This document shows, piece by piece, positions 36,732 to 50,086 of a stretch of 64,000 nucleotides of DNA (position 1 is the stretch's first letter; each line of letters opens with the position of its first letter). Source of the DNA: Octopus sinensis. Taxonomy: Eukaryota. The position numbers and the translations under genes were made by a program. The notes under the pieces were generated by a model. The model had not been told where the DNA came from, ran no database searches, and saw only the letters and a list, made by a program, of their open reading frames with translations. The stretch spans positions 12,338,001 through 12,402,000 of the forward strand of contig NC_043015.1 in the NCBI RefSeq assembly GCF_006345805.1. Reading direction: 5' to 3'.

Positions 36732-37559
36732 ATGGCTGCTCAACGTGCAAGTGTAACAGGTGGTCAGAGTCATCACCCAAGTAAGGCAGATTTAAAGAAA
36801 TGGTTCGATAGATATGATATGACGCATAAAAAGCGAGGTGTCGCTTACATCTTCAACAACGAAACTTTCAAACACCCGAAACTTAAAACTCGTTATGGCT
36901 CATCAAAAGATACAGAAGATTTTAAAAAAGCATTAATTAAACTTGGATTCCGTGAAGATGATATCAAAGTTTATACGGATGCAACAGTCGAAGAAATGCG
37001 CGACGCTTGGAAGCAGTTTGGAAAAAATTCTCATACTGATATTGATTGCTTTATTTGTGCAATATTGAGTCATGGTGACTCGGACGACATTATCTGTGGA
37101 TACGACGGTACTGTCAAACTAGACGAATTGTTTTCTTACCTGAGACCTGATCGTTGCCCATCTTTAAAAGGAATACCTAAATTATTCTTTATTCAAGCAT
37201 GTCGTGGAACTGCATCTGATTCTGGAGTCGAAAAAACTGATGCTGATTACATAGACCATGAAGAAATGTCACTCACAATTCCAGTTATGGCAGATATGTT
37301 GGTTGTTTATTCATCATGTAATAAACATGCCTCTTACAGAGATGAAAAGGCTGGCACGTGGTTTATGCAAGCCTTAAGTGAAATGTTGATGGAATATGGC
37401 ACCAAATATGAAATCATGAAACTTTTAACTGCTGTCTCTAACCGTGTTGCCTCTTTAGACCTCCAAAGTTCGGCTAATTCGGAATGCAAAAGTTGTAAAC
37501 AAATGCCTCAGATTAATTCGACATTGATTAAAGAACTAATGTTTGAACCAAAAAAATAA
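36732..37559 (+). CDS. Caspase-3/7-like protease, copy 3 (275 aa), catalytic residues intact; intronless
   Basis: TRYGS (S1 Arg), SHG (His 37071-37073), QACRG (Cys 37200-37202), linker VEKTD/ADYID and SYRD..GTWF (second S1 Arg) are all present. Confidence 0.93.
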   Translation: MAAQRASVTGGQSHHPSKADLKKWFDRYDMTHKKRGVAYIFNNETFKHPKLKTRYGSSKDTEDFKKALIKLGFREDDIKVYTDATVEEMRDAWKQFGKNSHTDIDCFICAILSHGDSDDIICGYDGTVKLDELFSYLRPDRCPSLKGIPKLFFIQACRGTASDSGVEKTDADYIDHEEMSLTIPVMADMLVVYSSCNKHASYRDEKAGTWFMQALSEMLMEYGTKYEIMKLLTAVSNRVASLDLQSSANSECKSCKQMPQINSTLIKELMFEPKK

Positions 37560-38499
37560 ATGTACATTTTTATTTTAATATAGTGCGAGATCTCTTAATA
37601 GAAACAGTCCTTTTTCTTGTAAAAATTTGTTTTGCATGCATGCACACGCACGCGCGTGTGCATGCGAGGTAAACAAATTTAAAATCTCATATTTTCACAA
37701 ATACAAGCATTTTCTACATATAATACCTGAACCAAAGATATTAAATAGATAAATGTAATATTTTAAACTAATTAGTTTCTATAATTGTTAATATGATCAC
37801 AAACTTGAATTAGCCTGTAACTTTTTAAGATGTTTAACTGAACCTATTCCCTACCATTCATTCTTAAAAGGAATACATTTATGCACGCACACACATGTAT
37901 ATATGAAATATACAGTATATACACACACACATGAAATATATAAATATTCTATATTTCAAAATAACCTTTCTCTCTGAAAACTGAACTAACATTGTCTTAT
38001 ATACAACTAAATATGAACATAATGTTAGAAAAAAAGATAGCTTTATCTTAGAGTGAAGGGGTATCTCCACAAGTGCCATATTCCACCTACACCAACAATG
38101 TGTCGTGGGGGGGGGTTCGCCACTCGTATACTGGCGAGAGGGACACAAATAATCAACCTCAGAATCACAGAGGCATCATATTTCATTAAGAAGAAAGTAT
38201 CTAGCCTTAACTGCTGGAATGGGCTCGACTGCTGAAATTACATCTACTACTTCCAGAGACTTTAACCAGTACCAGCAATGACCACTACAAAAAGCAAATG
38301 GAAAGAACTTCAGATGAAGGATCTTTGATCCAGAAGCGCTCACGCGGATAAACCTAACCTAACACCTAGTAACAAGGCTATCCACTGATTACAGACCACA
38401 TGTAAGGTCTATCTTTTTATCTACATTCCTATCTGTCCATCTATCTAACTACCCATCTCTCTGTATATCTGTGTATTTCATCTCTTTACTTATCCGTCT

Positions 38500-38765
38500 A
38501 TCTCTAAAGCCGAAGATCAGTGAAAAAAAGAATACCTACACTGAGCTATTGAGAAATCTACTGTTACTCTATCCAGATTACAAGCTCGGATTTATGCCTG
38601 TAATTATTGGGACCCTGGCATATGCAACACACTGCCTAAATACCAATCTTGAGAAATTAGACTTCTCAAAACCAGAAAGGAGGAAGCTAATTCGAAGACT
38701 ACAGATCCAATCCATCACTGGAACAGTAAAAATCGGTAAAACTTTCCAAAAGTTTATCATTTAAA
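38500..38765 (+). mobile_element. R4/Dong-like RLE LINE C-terminal fragment followed by (CATA)n
   Basis: EKKNTYTELLRNL.LLYPDYKL..PVIIG.L..L..L..LDF..LQIQSITGTVKI.KTF matches the K.Y..L / P.IIG.LG pattern of RLE elements. Confidence 0.6.
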
Positions 38766-38923
38766 CATATATGAGCATCTCTAGATACGCAATTATATGC
38801 ATGAGAATACATACATAAAGCAAAACATACAAATCTGCACATATACATACATACATACATGCATGCATGCATACATGCATACATGCATGCATGCATACAT
38901 ACATACATACATACATACATACA

Positions 38924-38957
<34 letters not shown>

Positions 38958-41900
38958 CATACCCTGTTGTTGATGTTGCAATTCCAATGAAGGAGCCTTG
39001 TGTCTAGGTTAGAAACCGGCTCTTTCACTATTGGCAAGCACTCTTGAAATAAAAACTGAACAATGACATTCATTCATTCATTAGTAACAAAATTAAAAAT
39101 TATCAAAACTATTTTTATTAAAAAGATGCTCCCCACCATCCTGATGGTTGTGGTGATAAAATATTGGAAAAATTGCCATCAAAACTTTTGTGGGTTTCTT
39201 GATCCAAAACTTCTACCCTTTCAAAACTTCAAAATTATTTTTTATACTTTAAAACTTTAAATCTGTAAAATCCTTAAACCATAAAACTCTGAAACACGAA
39301 TTTTTTTTCTTCTTTTTCTTTTTAGATATTTTGGGAATTTTGAGGTTTGGGGAATTGTTCTAGAATTAACTTTTAAAAAATTTTTTTCTTTTAGCATTTT
39401 TCCTTTAATCGATTTTTGAGATTTTTCTCGAGATTTGAGATAAAAAAAAATTCCGAAAAACTTTTCATCTTTCTTGACTCGTTCTTAATTGTTTTTAACT
39501 TCTTTTAACTTCTAACTTCCTTTAATTTATTCAGTTACAGTATTTCATCCTCCACCTTTATCATCCTAACATCTGCTAACGGCGTTACCCTGTTGTATTA
39601 CTATACTATAAATATGTAGACAAGCGATGGATTTGTAAGTTCGTTAGATATTTAACCGATTGACTAACAATGTTATTATTATTAATGTTAAGGTGCAAAG
39701 GCGGCGAGATGGCAGAATCGTTAGCGTGCTGGACGACATGCTTAGCGGTATTTCGCCCGTCGCTACGTCCTGAGTTTAAATTCCGCCGAGGTCAACTTTG
39801 CCTTTTATCCGTTTGTCTGTCCTTGTTTGTCCTCTCTGTGTTTAGCCCCTTGTGGGTAGTAAAGAAATAGGTAGGTAGGTAGCTAGCTATCAAATATATT
39901 TGCCAAATAATGTGGCGGTGCTATAGAGGACGGTGTTACTGTTGTTTTTAGCCCCAGGATGACAGCCATATCTATCTATCTAGCTAGCTAGCTAATAGAT
40001 AGATAGATAGATAGATAAACTTTATAACATTAGTTATTAAACATGTTAAGGTTTGTTTCTCATAAAATGGTGCATATTTAGTTTACATTTAATTATTTAC
40101 GATTATCTAAGGCAAACACAAGTACAAAACAAATACTTTTCACTTTAATGTTTTTGTCTATATTTAATTTCGATTTGCATATGTTCGTCAATTCGCTACA
40201 ATCTCTTTAAAGTAAACAAAATCAAAATTTTAAATTGGGGGGAGAGTGGTTGAAATTTAATTTTTTTTTTTTTTTTTTTTTGCATGTTCGTAATCTCCGA
40301 CATCTAAGACGTAGGAATCCGGAAAATATTTTTCAAAAATATTGTGCATTTGCCCCGAAAATACTTTCAGTTTTACAAATGGCATTCCCCTTTCGTATCT
40401 CTGTTCTATAATGGAATTCCCCTCTCGTGCTTTCAGCTTTACAAATGGAATTCCCCTCTCATACTTTCAGTTTGACATAACTTTAGAAATGTCGTTTGAC
40501 ATTTGCAATTTCGACGGCTTATGACAGTTTATACAAAAATTATGTACACATTTGCATTACTTTCGGTACAACTCTTGTATTTTGTAACTGATATATATTA
40601 AACACAGGATGTGTGTCTGTCCGTGTTTGTCACGTCGTCAAAACTCGAGATCCACCCAACCGATTTAATGAACTTTTACACATGCATTACATAGGGTCTA
40701 TAGAGTGTCATGCACCAAAATAATGTTCAACTTCTTGCCTAATGCCATCCGCAGGGGCAGATAAATCGCATTTTTTAAGCACATCCGCAGCGTTAAGGCC
40801 CGTAACTTGAATATTGAACCAGTCACTTTCCTCCAAATTTGCAACAAATATTAATCAGGCTCCTCGAATTGCTGTTGACTGAAAAAAAAATTCCAACACC
40901 GACTATGGCCCTCACCCCAAAAAATCATATTAATCAGATTTGAGTATACTGCACTGGGTTTTATGTTTGTTTTAGGCCATTTTCCGATGATAGAATATTG
41001 ACGCTAGTTATGCATTATAAGTAGCGTATAATATTTCATGAAAACCTTTCTGTCTAATTTGGTAGAGAAAATGAGAACATTAAATTTTTTGTCGACGCCC
41101 TGCTGATGCTTCATGTTACCATCCCGCGCACCACCGGGCCATGCGCGTGTGCGCGCGGCTGGGTAAAGTCACAACTAACTCATTCATCCATTCTCCAGAA
41201 GTGCCCTGTTGTTGTTTCACGTTTCAAATCCTGCGCAACGCAGCAAACCCGGCAGCATGTCTGCTTTCTATGTCATCCGTGCAAAATGCTCATACAAAAA
41301 AACTCAGTCATATGAGTTTGACTGCATGACCACTTCCGGAAGCTTCGCTCGCCACCTGCAATTAGTTCCCCCACCTGTGTTCCCTCCCCCGTTTGGTCGG
41401 GCGAGTTAGTACAGGGTGTCCCAGAACTAGTGATGACTTGAGTGAAATCGGATGCATTTTTTTAAGACTCACTTTTATTTATGTTTATCATGATTAATAT
41501 GTTGTAAAAGTGTATAAGTTTTAATTTTTGTTTTTAGTTTTATTTTCATTGCTGTTGGACCCCTCTTATTTGTCCATGACGGCTTTTTTTTCAATTTGGC
41601 AGCAATCATTTTCTTTACCTCCACCCCCAAGATGGAGCAATCGTTTAGCTGAGCTTAAAAAACACATTCAGTTAGCAGTGCATGAGCTAACTCCTGAAAT
41701 GCTTTAAAATGTGTTTCACAACGCTAAGAAGAGATTTGAAGTATGCTGGGATACAGACAGGTTGAAAAATTTTAATAAAGGTTTGACGTAAAATTTATAA
41801 ATCTATTTGTTTTTGGTAATAAACATAAAATTCTGTCAGTTTTTTTTTTAATTTGCTCTATTTCATTGAAACAGTTAATTCTGAAACACGTTGTGCGGTG

Positions 41901-42133
41901 TAGCGTTGTTAGTTGTTGCATTGCTCGAGCAAACATTAAAATCATAGGTCTTCTCGCCGTACACACGTTTATGTATTTGTGTTGAAGAATCGTGTGTTGT
42001 AGTTAAAAGAAAACATAATAAACGTACAAACAAACAGAAAACAGACACAGAAGATCACCAAATCCTCATCAGTTATCGCCCAGAGGGTCAAACGCAGTTT
42101 CGCATCTTCAACAATCATAAAGTTCCCTCTCGT

Positions 42134-42252
42134 GTCGCTGACGGCAAGATGTCGCTGACGGCAAGATGTCGCTGACGGCAAGATGTCGCTGACGGCAAGA
42201 TGTCGCTGACGGCAAGATGTCGCTGACGGCAAGATGTCGCTGACGGCAAGAT
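42134..42252. repeat. 17-bp minisatellite, 7 exact copies (GTCGCTGACGGCAAGAT)
   Basis: Directly counted; no spacers between units. Confidence 0.95.
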
Positions 42253-42899
42253 GCCGCCGGGAAATGGCGAGCCAACTAACAAGGGATCAAACATGACAGA
42301 AAGTGAACAAAGAAGAAATAAAGAAATATGTAATACAGAAAGTGAACATACTTTCCCTGTAATAAAGTCAAGATGTACTTTATTGCCTTCCCAACATCAT
42401 ATTTAGCAGACTGGGGCTTTAGTGAAATTGCACGTCTCCTATCTTTGTAAAGAAACTGAGTGAAAATTATTGAACGTGGGAATCAAAGACTACTTCATTA
42501 TACCTTCCAGCTTGATTTCAAGAAGTTAGTATCCATGCGTAATGTACATCCATCACATTAAAAATGGTACAGTACTTCCCACGTGATAAAGTGGTATGGC
42601 AGGCCACTATGAAAAAGACAGTCAGTCGTTGTAGATGAGTAGTAATAGTCGAGTTCTCAGTTGGAGTCGGTGTCAGTTACGTGATACATATGAGTTACCG
42701 TCAATGTAGACATTTCAAAGTTATTGTCTTGTGGAGCTGTCAGCGATAACACGATAGACGAGTCAAAGATGATAAGACGTGGAATACCGCCATAACATAT
42801 TAGTGGTGTCAGTAATATTATAGTGCCGGCAACAACATACATGTAGACGGGGATCCACTTTAAGTCCTTCATTATCGGCCGAAAAGAGGTTGTCACAGT

Positions 42900-43968
42900 T
42901 CTAGGACAGCACTCTTCACTCTTTCAAATGACATCTGGTGTACCACAGGGATCTGTTCTTGGCCCCCTTTTATTTGTAGCATATATTAATGACATAGATG
43001 CCAACTTAAAGAATGCCACAGTGCTGAAATATGCAGATGACATCAAGCTGTACCTCAAAATAAAGAGGACAGATCCTGTACACTATAGATCTTTATTGCA
43101 ATCAGACCTGGACGCAATGCAGCAATGGATCATGGACTGGCAACTCAAGCAGGATGTGGACAAATGTACCACCATGCATTTTGGGAGGAAAAACCCAGCG
43201 TCTACTTACTCCCTCCACAACACTAATCTCAAAAGGTCTTCTTGTGAACGTGACCTGGGTGTTATTGTCGACAGTGATTTGCGTTGGACAAAACACATTG
43301 CTAAAATTGCCAAGAAGGCTGAGGGTGCCTTGGAATCACTTACCAAGTCCTTTGTGAGCCGCTCTCCGGCTATCTATCTGAAGCTTTATATAGCTATGGT
43401 GCGGCCTCGCCTGGAGTTTGCATCACCGGTCTGAGACCCCTATCTTACCCAGGATATTAATCGTCTGGAAATCGTTCAACGACGTGCAACCAAGAGAATA
43501 CCCTCTATCAGGCATTTGCCATATTCTGAACGCCTTACTTCCCTGGGCATGGATACACTGAAACTCCGACGTCTGGCAGACACCCATAAAATTATTAACC
43601 ATCTTACAAACAATAACTCTGAGCACCTTTTCAAATTCGACCTGTCTAACACCCGTGGACATGTTTATAAAGCCAGAAAACAGCACAGTTCCCATGTCTT
43701 TCGGAAACATTTTTTCACGCTAAAAGTTGCTGAATTATGGAACAAACTGTCGGCATCAGTTGTTAGTTGTCGGAGCACTGCATCCTTCAAAACTTCCATG
43801 CTTCCTGAGATTCGCCAACACTACACCTGATTTTCTCCCCTCCATACACACGCAAGCTTGTATCTGATTCATACACTGTTCACTCCCCAGACATTTGTAC
43901 ATTGCTGCATATGCTTTATACGCACTTTCGACAAGTTGTGGTGCACCCGAGCACTGTATACAATAATT

Positions 43969-44036
<68 letters not shown>
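42900..44036 (+). mobile_element. CR1/L2-group LINE, 5'-truncated, with 3'UTR and (TTA)n tail
   Basis: SGVPQGSVLGPLLF, KYADDIKLY, ERDLGV, VRPRLEFASPV, then NTRGH and LWNKL. A second, shorter copy of the same 3' end lies at ~49425-49737. Confidence 0.88.
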
Positions 44037-44591
44037 GAGTGAGAGAGCAGTTCATGCCATCAAAGTGACACTGGGATAAAATATACGAAGCCCAGTATAC
44101 CCCTCATGACTACCCGTCTGATAAGGGTACACCAGGCACATGCATCACAACCATATGTGCGCGACATGGTGATCTCATATCAAGATAAACAGCACATGAC
44201 CTTGCAGGTGTGGCCCAGTTAGAATTTTCTTCAGGTTGAGTAGCCCATCCCGCTCAAAAGGTCCATGAATAAGGGTTGTTTAAGGATGTTGAAAGAACCA
44301 CCCATGTTTCCAGAGGTGAATTATTCAAACCCCAAAGAATCCCTCTCAACACATGGCTATGATGCTCCCCTACTACTTCTGCTCGTGATCAGAGATGCAC
44401 ATATCGTCAGCCACTAAGGGACATGCTCAACTGGTTAAGGTCAAACAACTGACAAGCAAATCTGTGGTATTGAGCAGAATATTTGCTGTAGCCCATCTTT
44501 TATACCAAGACAAAACAATGTACATGATAACACTTCCAATCAGTTAAGATCAGAAGCCATGAGAGCCACTGCCTGGTACTGCATCAGGGCA
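44037..44591 (+). mobile_element. ~550-bp non-coding interspersed repeat bounded by (TTA)n on both sides
   Basis: A high-identity reverse-complement copy at 53799-54342 is also inside (AAT)n. Confidence 0.75.
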
Positions 44592-44692
44592 TTTATTATT
44601 ATTATTATTATTATAACAAAATGTAAATTTAATCTTAATTATTATAAAAACAACAAAGTAATGGATTCACTAGATTAAGTTTCTTTTGGGGG

Positions 44693-44744
<52 letters not shown>

Positions 44745-46384
44745 AACTGTTGCTTTGAATTTGCTGCAGAAAGAAGTCTATATTAGTAGCGATGGAGCGG
44801 GGAAGGCGGCAGTCCGAAAAAGATAGTGAACCACTTAATGCAAGTCAATATAAAGGGAAATAACTCCTAACTATTCTTCAAATTATTCATCAATCTGGGA
44901 GATCATCGCCTATTAAAATAAAGGTTTTGTAAATTTGGAAATCCCCTATCCGAGGAGTGGACGGGTTAAACCTTTATATATATTTCAAACTATCGAAGTT
45001 TATTCTTTTGTCATGGCGTGGCTGTGTTGTATGAAGTTTGCTTCCCAACCATGTGGTCTTTAGTTCAGTCCTACTACGTAACACCTTGTGCTACAATATC
45101 CCACTACAACCCCGAGCCGACCAAAGCCTACTGACTGGATTCAGTAGAGAGAAACTGAAAACAAAAAGTAGTGCATATCCGTTTCTTTATTACCCACAAG
45201 GAGCTAAACACAGAGGGGACAAACAAGGACAGACAAACGGATTAAGTCGATTACATCGACGCCAGAGCGTAACTGGTACTTAATTTATCGACCCCGAAAG
45301 GATGAAAGGCAAAGTGGACCTGGGCAGAATTTGAACTCAGAACGTAACGGCAGACGAAATACGGCTACGCATTTCGCCCGGCGTGCTAACGATTCTGCCA
45401 ACTCGCCGCCTTCAGTAGTGCATATCTATGTGTATAAATGTTTGTATGCGTGTATTTGTGTTGTGCTTATCCTCCTCCACCGTTTTACAACCGTCCCCGT
45501 AATTTAGCAGTTCAGTAAAACAAAACACGAAAGAATAAGTACGAGGCTTTAAAAATAATTACTGAGATGGATTCAATGGTCTAAAAACCCTTCAACGTAG
45601 TGCCCCAGCATGGCCGCAGTCCAATGCCTGAAACAAGTCAAAAGATAAGGAAAATAAATAAAAAAACATGAACAAATTGTAGTAATCCAAAGAAGTGAGT
45701 TAGAAACTAACCAGTGCTCTTAAACTCGTAATTTCTTCAGACATGTAATTTATGATGCTTTAAAAGCCTCTTAAATAACAATTCTTTTAACCCTTTCATT
45801 ACTGTATTTATTTTGAGAAGCTCTGTGTTTCTTTCAATTATTTTAAATATAACAAAGAATTTAGTAAAATAACTTGGTTATCATTCAGCTAGTGTTAGGA
45901 ACATAAATTGTGACTAGGTTTGGTGGAAAATTTTAATTCAAAACTTATGAAAACAAAACATTTATACTCAGGGCCAGAGCCGGTTTCAGCCAGGTTGGTA
46001 ATGAAAGGGTTAAAAAAGAAATATTGATTTCTACCTTTTTTAGGCCTCACTTTTCCCACTTTTTTCTCTTAAACATTTTTGATTTTCACTTTTTTCTTTT
46101 TCTTTTCAGACATATATTCTTCAGCTACGGAAGCAGTGACCCTCCTTTTTATCGCAGCATCCAGAGTGTGGGAGTGTGCGAAGGAGTCACAGACAGTGGT
46201 GCCCCTGATGAAGCACCTACCTCTTACCCAGGGACAAAGTGTAAGATCATATGGTCTCTTCCCATCACTTCTGAATATTCTGACTCCAGAACTGAGGAAA
46301 TATTAACCTTATCCATGTTAGATTTAGCTCGATGTGACGAGCGAAACGACTGGCATTTAGGCAGCAAGACAAACCATGAAGGCC

Positions 46385-47460
46385 TGTGGAGCCGAGGGGC
46401 CAAACACAGCGACAGGTCATCAGCATAGAGGAGCAACCTGTCTTGAATTCCTCTGTTATTGCCTGGAGGACTATGCTGAATAAGAAGGAGTTGAGAGCTG
46501 ATCCTTGGGGAACCCCTACTTCTACCCGAATTTCTTCACTATACTCATTGCCGACCCTTACCTTACTAACGGTATCCCTGTACAGCTCTTATTACCCACT
46601 CATCAATCCCCAGTTTCCGCAACGCTTACCAGATAAGGGATCGGAGGACCCTATCAAAGGTTTTCTCCAAGTCAACAAAAGCCAAGTGTAGGGGTTTATC
46701 TTTGGCTAGTTATTTCTCCTGCAGTTGCCTTACCAGGAATATAGCATCAGTGATGCATCTACATGGCACAAAACCGAACTGCATCTCATCTAAGCAGACT
46801 CTCTCCCTAATTAGTTGGGCTATGACCCTCTCCGTGTGCTTCATCACCTGATCCAGCAGTTCGACACCCCTGTAGTTATTTCTATCTAAAGCATTGCCTT
46901 TACCTTTGTAGCAGTTGACTATGGTGCTGCTACGCTAGTAATTGGGTATGACTCCATCGTGAACTACCTGGTTTACAATACGGGTGACTACACCATAACC
47001 CACACCACCAGATATTTTAAGCATCTCAGCAGTGATTCCTGATGGGACGGAGGCTTTTCCTGATTTCATATCCTTCATAGCTTTATCTACCAGGATGATA
47101 TCTAATCGGGTAACTGGTCCCTCTACTGGGTCAACATTTGGCAGGCTCTCCTCCTCCTATTCATTCTTCACATTCAGCAGCCTCTTTCTTTGCAGAATCA
47201 TTAAAAGCAAGTGCACCATCATCCATGCGGACACATTTCTCTCCTGTAATATCTTAATTTTCTCTCACACATTGTCTTGCAATCCAAAATACTTCAGTTC
47301 TTTGGTCCTCACGTCGTTGAACTTTGGCAAACTTCTTTTCTGCTTCTCCCTTGGCTATGTATATCTGTTGCCCAGCCTCCCTTTGGCTATCTGGTACAGT
47401 TCCCTGCCACCCCCACTTTTTCCAGGTTTTCCAGGCCTGTTTCTTTGCACTAATGGCCTA
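46385..47460 (-). mobile_element. RTE-like LINE RT fragment
   Basis: Minus strand gives VRVGNEYSEEIRVEVGVPQGSALNSFLF..VLQAITEEFKTG..LLYADDL, with stops and frameshifts upstream. Confidence 0.75.
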
Positions 47461-47469
47461 GAAAAACAA

Positions 47470-48372
47470 AAGACGAAGATAAGTGTATGAAAAACAAGCA
47501 GGTACATTAGTTTGACGCTCGAGAAAATGGAAAAGTCTTTTACGTTTCAAGCCTACGCTCTTCAACAGAAAGGAACAAGAGAAAATAAACAGGGAGAGAA
47601 TAAAAAATAACTTGTAGATTTAGGAGAAAAAAGTTTGAAAGAGGTTGAAAAGAAGGGAGATAATAAAGTACTGGTGATCCCAAATGAAGGTGCGTGTGTG
47701 TGTATGTGAGAATGGTGTGTGTAAATGTATATGTGTGTGTGAATAGAGACTAGTGACTCTGACGTGTGTGAGTGCGTCTGTAACGTGTGGCTGCTCATAT
47801 AGTAGTATGTGTGGTGTGAGTGCTGGGAAGTGGTCAGTGCTAGTGGGTGGGGGTAGTACCAACGAGGAGGGGAGGAGATACGAGCAACTGTGGGGCGGGT
47901 GCGGAGAGAAAGAGCAGAAGTACCGTCGACGGAACGTGCCCTGGCAAGGGTAGTGTGGATAGTGGTAAGGGGATATCCACGAAGGATGAAGTGGCAAAAC
48001 AGGAGTTGAGACTGAGTCTCAAAGTCATAGTTGTCACTGCGCAAACGGAGGAAACGGGAGTAGGAGATTGAGAGCTTGGTATAGGTAGGGTGGGAGGAGG
48101 AGACGTTAAGGTAGGAGTGTGAGTCGGTGTGTTTGTAGTGGATGGAGGTGGTGAGAGCGGAGTGGTGTATACTGCCAGAAATGTCGAGAAATTAGACGGA
48201 AGAGTTAGAAATAGTGCAGGAGAATTCGAGGATTGGATAAAAAAAGAGGAAGGGGTCTAGTTGTTCGAGAGAGAGTGAGGTCGCAACGATACAGTCATCG
48301 ATATAACGACCGTGTAGTTCTGGAGTGGAACTGGTGAATCGTGAGAATATTTTGGGTCTGAACGTTAGCCAA
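47470..48372 (-). mobile_element. Penelope-like element fragment (RT C-terminal half plus terminal repeat)
   Basis: GRYIDDCI..FLDIS..HYKHTDSHSYL..SSHP..KLSISYSRFLRLR..RGYP; hammerhead-like motif at 47536-47573. Confidence 0.78.
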
Positions 48373-48374
48373 CA

Positions 48375-48423
<49 letters not shown>

Positions 48424-49879
48424 GGCGGTGCTCCAACATGGCCGCAGTCAAATGACTAAAACAAGTAAAAGAATATACATATTATCAGTTCAAATATAGT
48501 TGGAGCGTATTTGAAACCGTAAGGAAGCTACTGACTGTATGTATTTTGTTGAGGAGAAAATTTCTTTCGGTAGACAAACACACTTGGCCAGTTCGAAGCG
48601 CTGGCTAATCAGGCTGATGGATGCAAGCATTTCCAGCATAAAACCACTTCCAAAGACATGCATTCATCAATTTCGTTGGAGAACACTTCGAACTGCCTGC
48701 GTATATTTGTCTACAGCGACAAAGCTGTGAAAGCTATATACATATAAAATTTTGGGGGCCAAAGTTGCAAATGGCAAATAGAATTAGCTAATGAAAAACC
48801 AACAGAAATATAGTTTTCTAGAAGCAATTAATGTGAAAAATGACTAAAAATAAACAAACTTCAAAGGGAAGAATTCTACTTTTAGGACGCCATATAACCC
48901 CTCAATTTTAAGGCGGGGAGAGTTTTCAGAAAATCGTTGCGAATTTGTATTCGACACACTAAAATTCATTCACAATGCAAAAGCCCAAAATGAAGGTGTG
49001 TGATTTAAGGGGTATTTAGCTGTTATTTTTAGCACATCTTATAACCACCTCATGCCGTCCCCGTTTATTTGTCACTGACGTATTGATGCTCTTCAATACC
49101 TTTCTCCCCATATACACATCTAATGATCTATTGCTGGGATTTAAGCCAAGAATTCGGACTGTCCATACTTTAAACAGTTTTTTTTTTTTTTTCAAAAAAA
49201 ATGTTTTTTAATTAAATATAGTTTCTTTCATATGGTAAGAAGATCAACTTCGATGATGTTGAAGCAATGTCTGTAAGATAATAAAGCCAAAATAGGAGAA
49301 TTTAATGCAATAGGTGTCTGAGAAGATTTCACACCATTATAATCTGCTTTCTCATTATATAATTACATCAAGTTGGGCTTTAATTGTAAACAGTTTTTTA
49401 CAGTAACACCCGTGGAAATGTTTACAAAGTCAGAAAACAGCACAGCTCCCATGACTTTCGGAAACATTTTTTCACGCTAAGAGTTGCTGAAGTATGGAAC
49501 AAACTGCCAGCATCAGTTGTTGATTGTCGGAGCACTGCATCCTTCAAAACTTCCATGCTTCCTGAGATTCGCCAACACTACACCTGATTCTCTCCCCTCC
49601 ATACACACGCAAGCATGTATCTGACTCATACATTGTTCGCTTTCCAGACATTTGTACATTACTGCATACGCTTTATACGCACTTTTGACAGGTTGTGGTG
49701 CACCTGAGCACTGTATACAATAATTTCATTATTATTAAAGTTGAGTGTTTATATATGACAAGATATAAACGGCTCTCCATCGTTTTTGGTGTCGGAAAAG
49801 TAAAATTTTTCGGCAAGTTCTGTATAAAATTTTTATATCTTTAATGTTTCTTTTTCTCTGTATATATGTATGTATGTGT

Positions 49880-50086
49880 ATATGTTTGTGTCTGTGTTTG
49901 TCCCCACTCCAACATCGCTTGACACCGATGTTGGTGTGTTTACGTCCCCATAACTTAGCGGTTAGGCAAAAGAAACCGATAGAATAAGTACTAGACTTAC
50001 AAAGAATAATTCCTGGGTCGATTTGCTCGTCTAAAGGCGGTGCTCCAGCATGGCTGCAGTCAAATGACTGAAACAAGTAAAAGAGT
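49880..50086 (+). mobile_element. SINE family A, 3' half
   Basis: Matches family A through to AAAAGAGTA. Confidence 0.7.

Noticed and set aside
42040-42115. GAAA...CTGATGA on the minus strand as a type II hammerhead
   Set aside because: Stems I and II do not pair.
42134-42252. Regular short repeats suggestive of a CRISPR array
   Set aside because: Units are contiguous with no spacers, there are no cas genes, and the context is eukaryotic.
46079-46428. Apparent exon (polypyrimidine-AG ... GTAAG) duplicated at ~28483-28613
   Set aside because: The opposite strand encodes a CRE endonuclease motif, and the 28.5-kb copy has stops in all plus frames tried.
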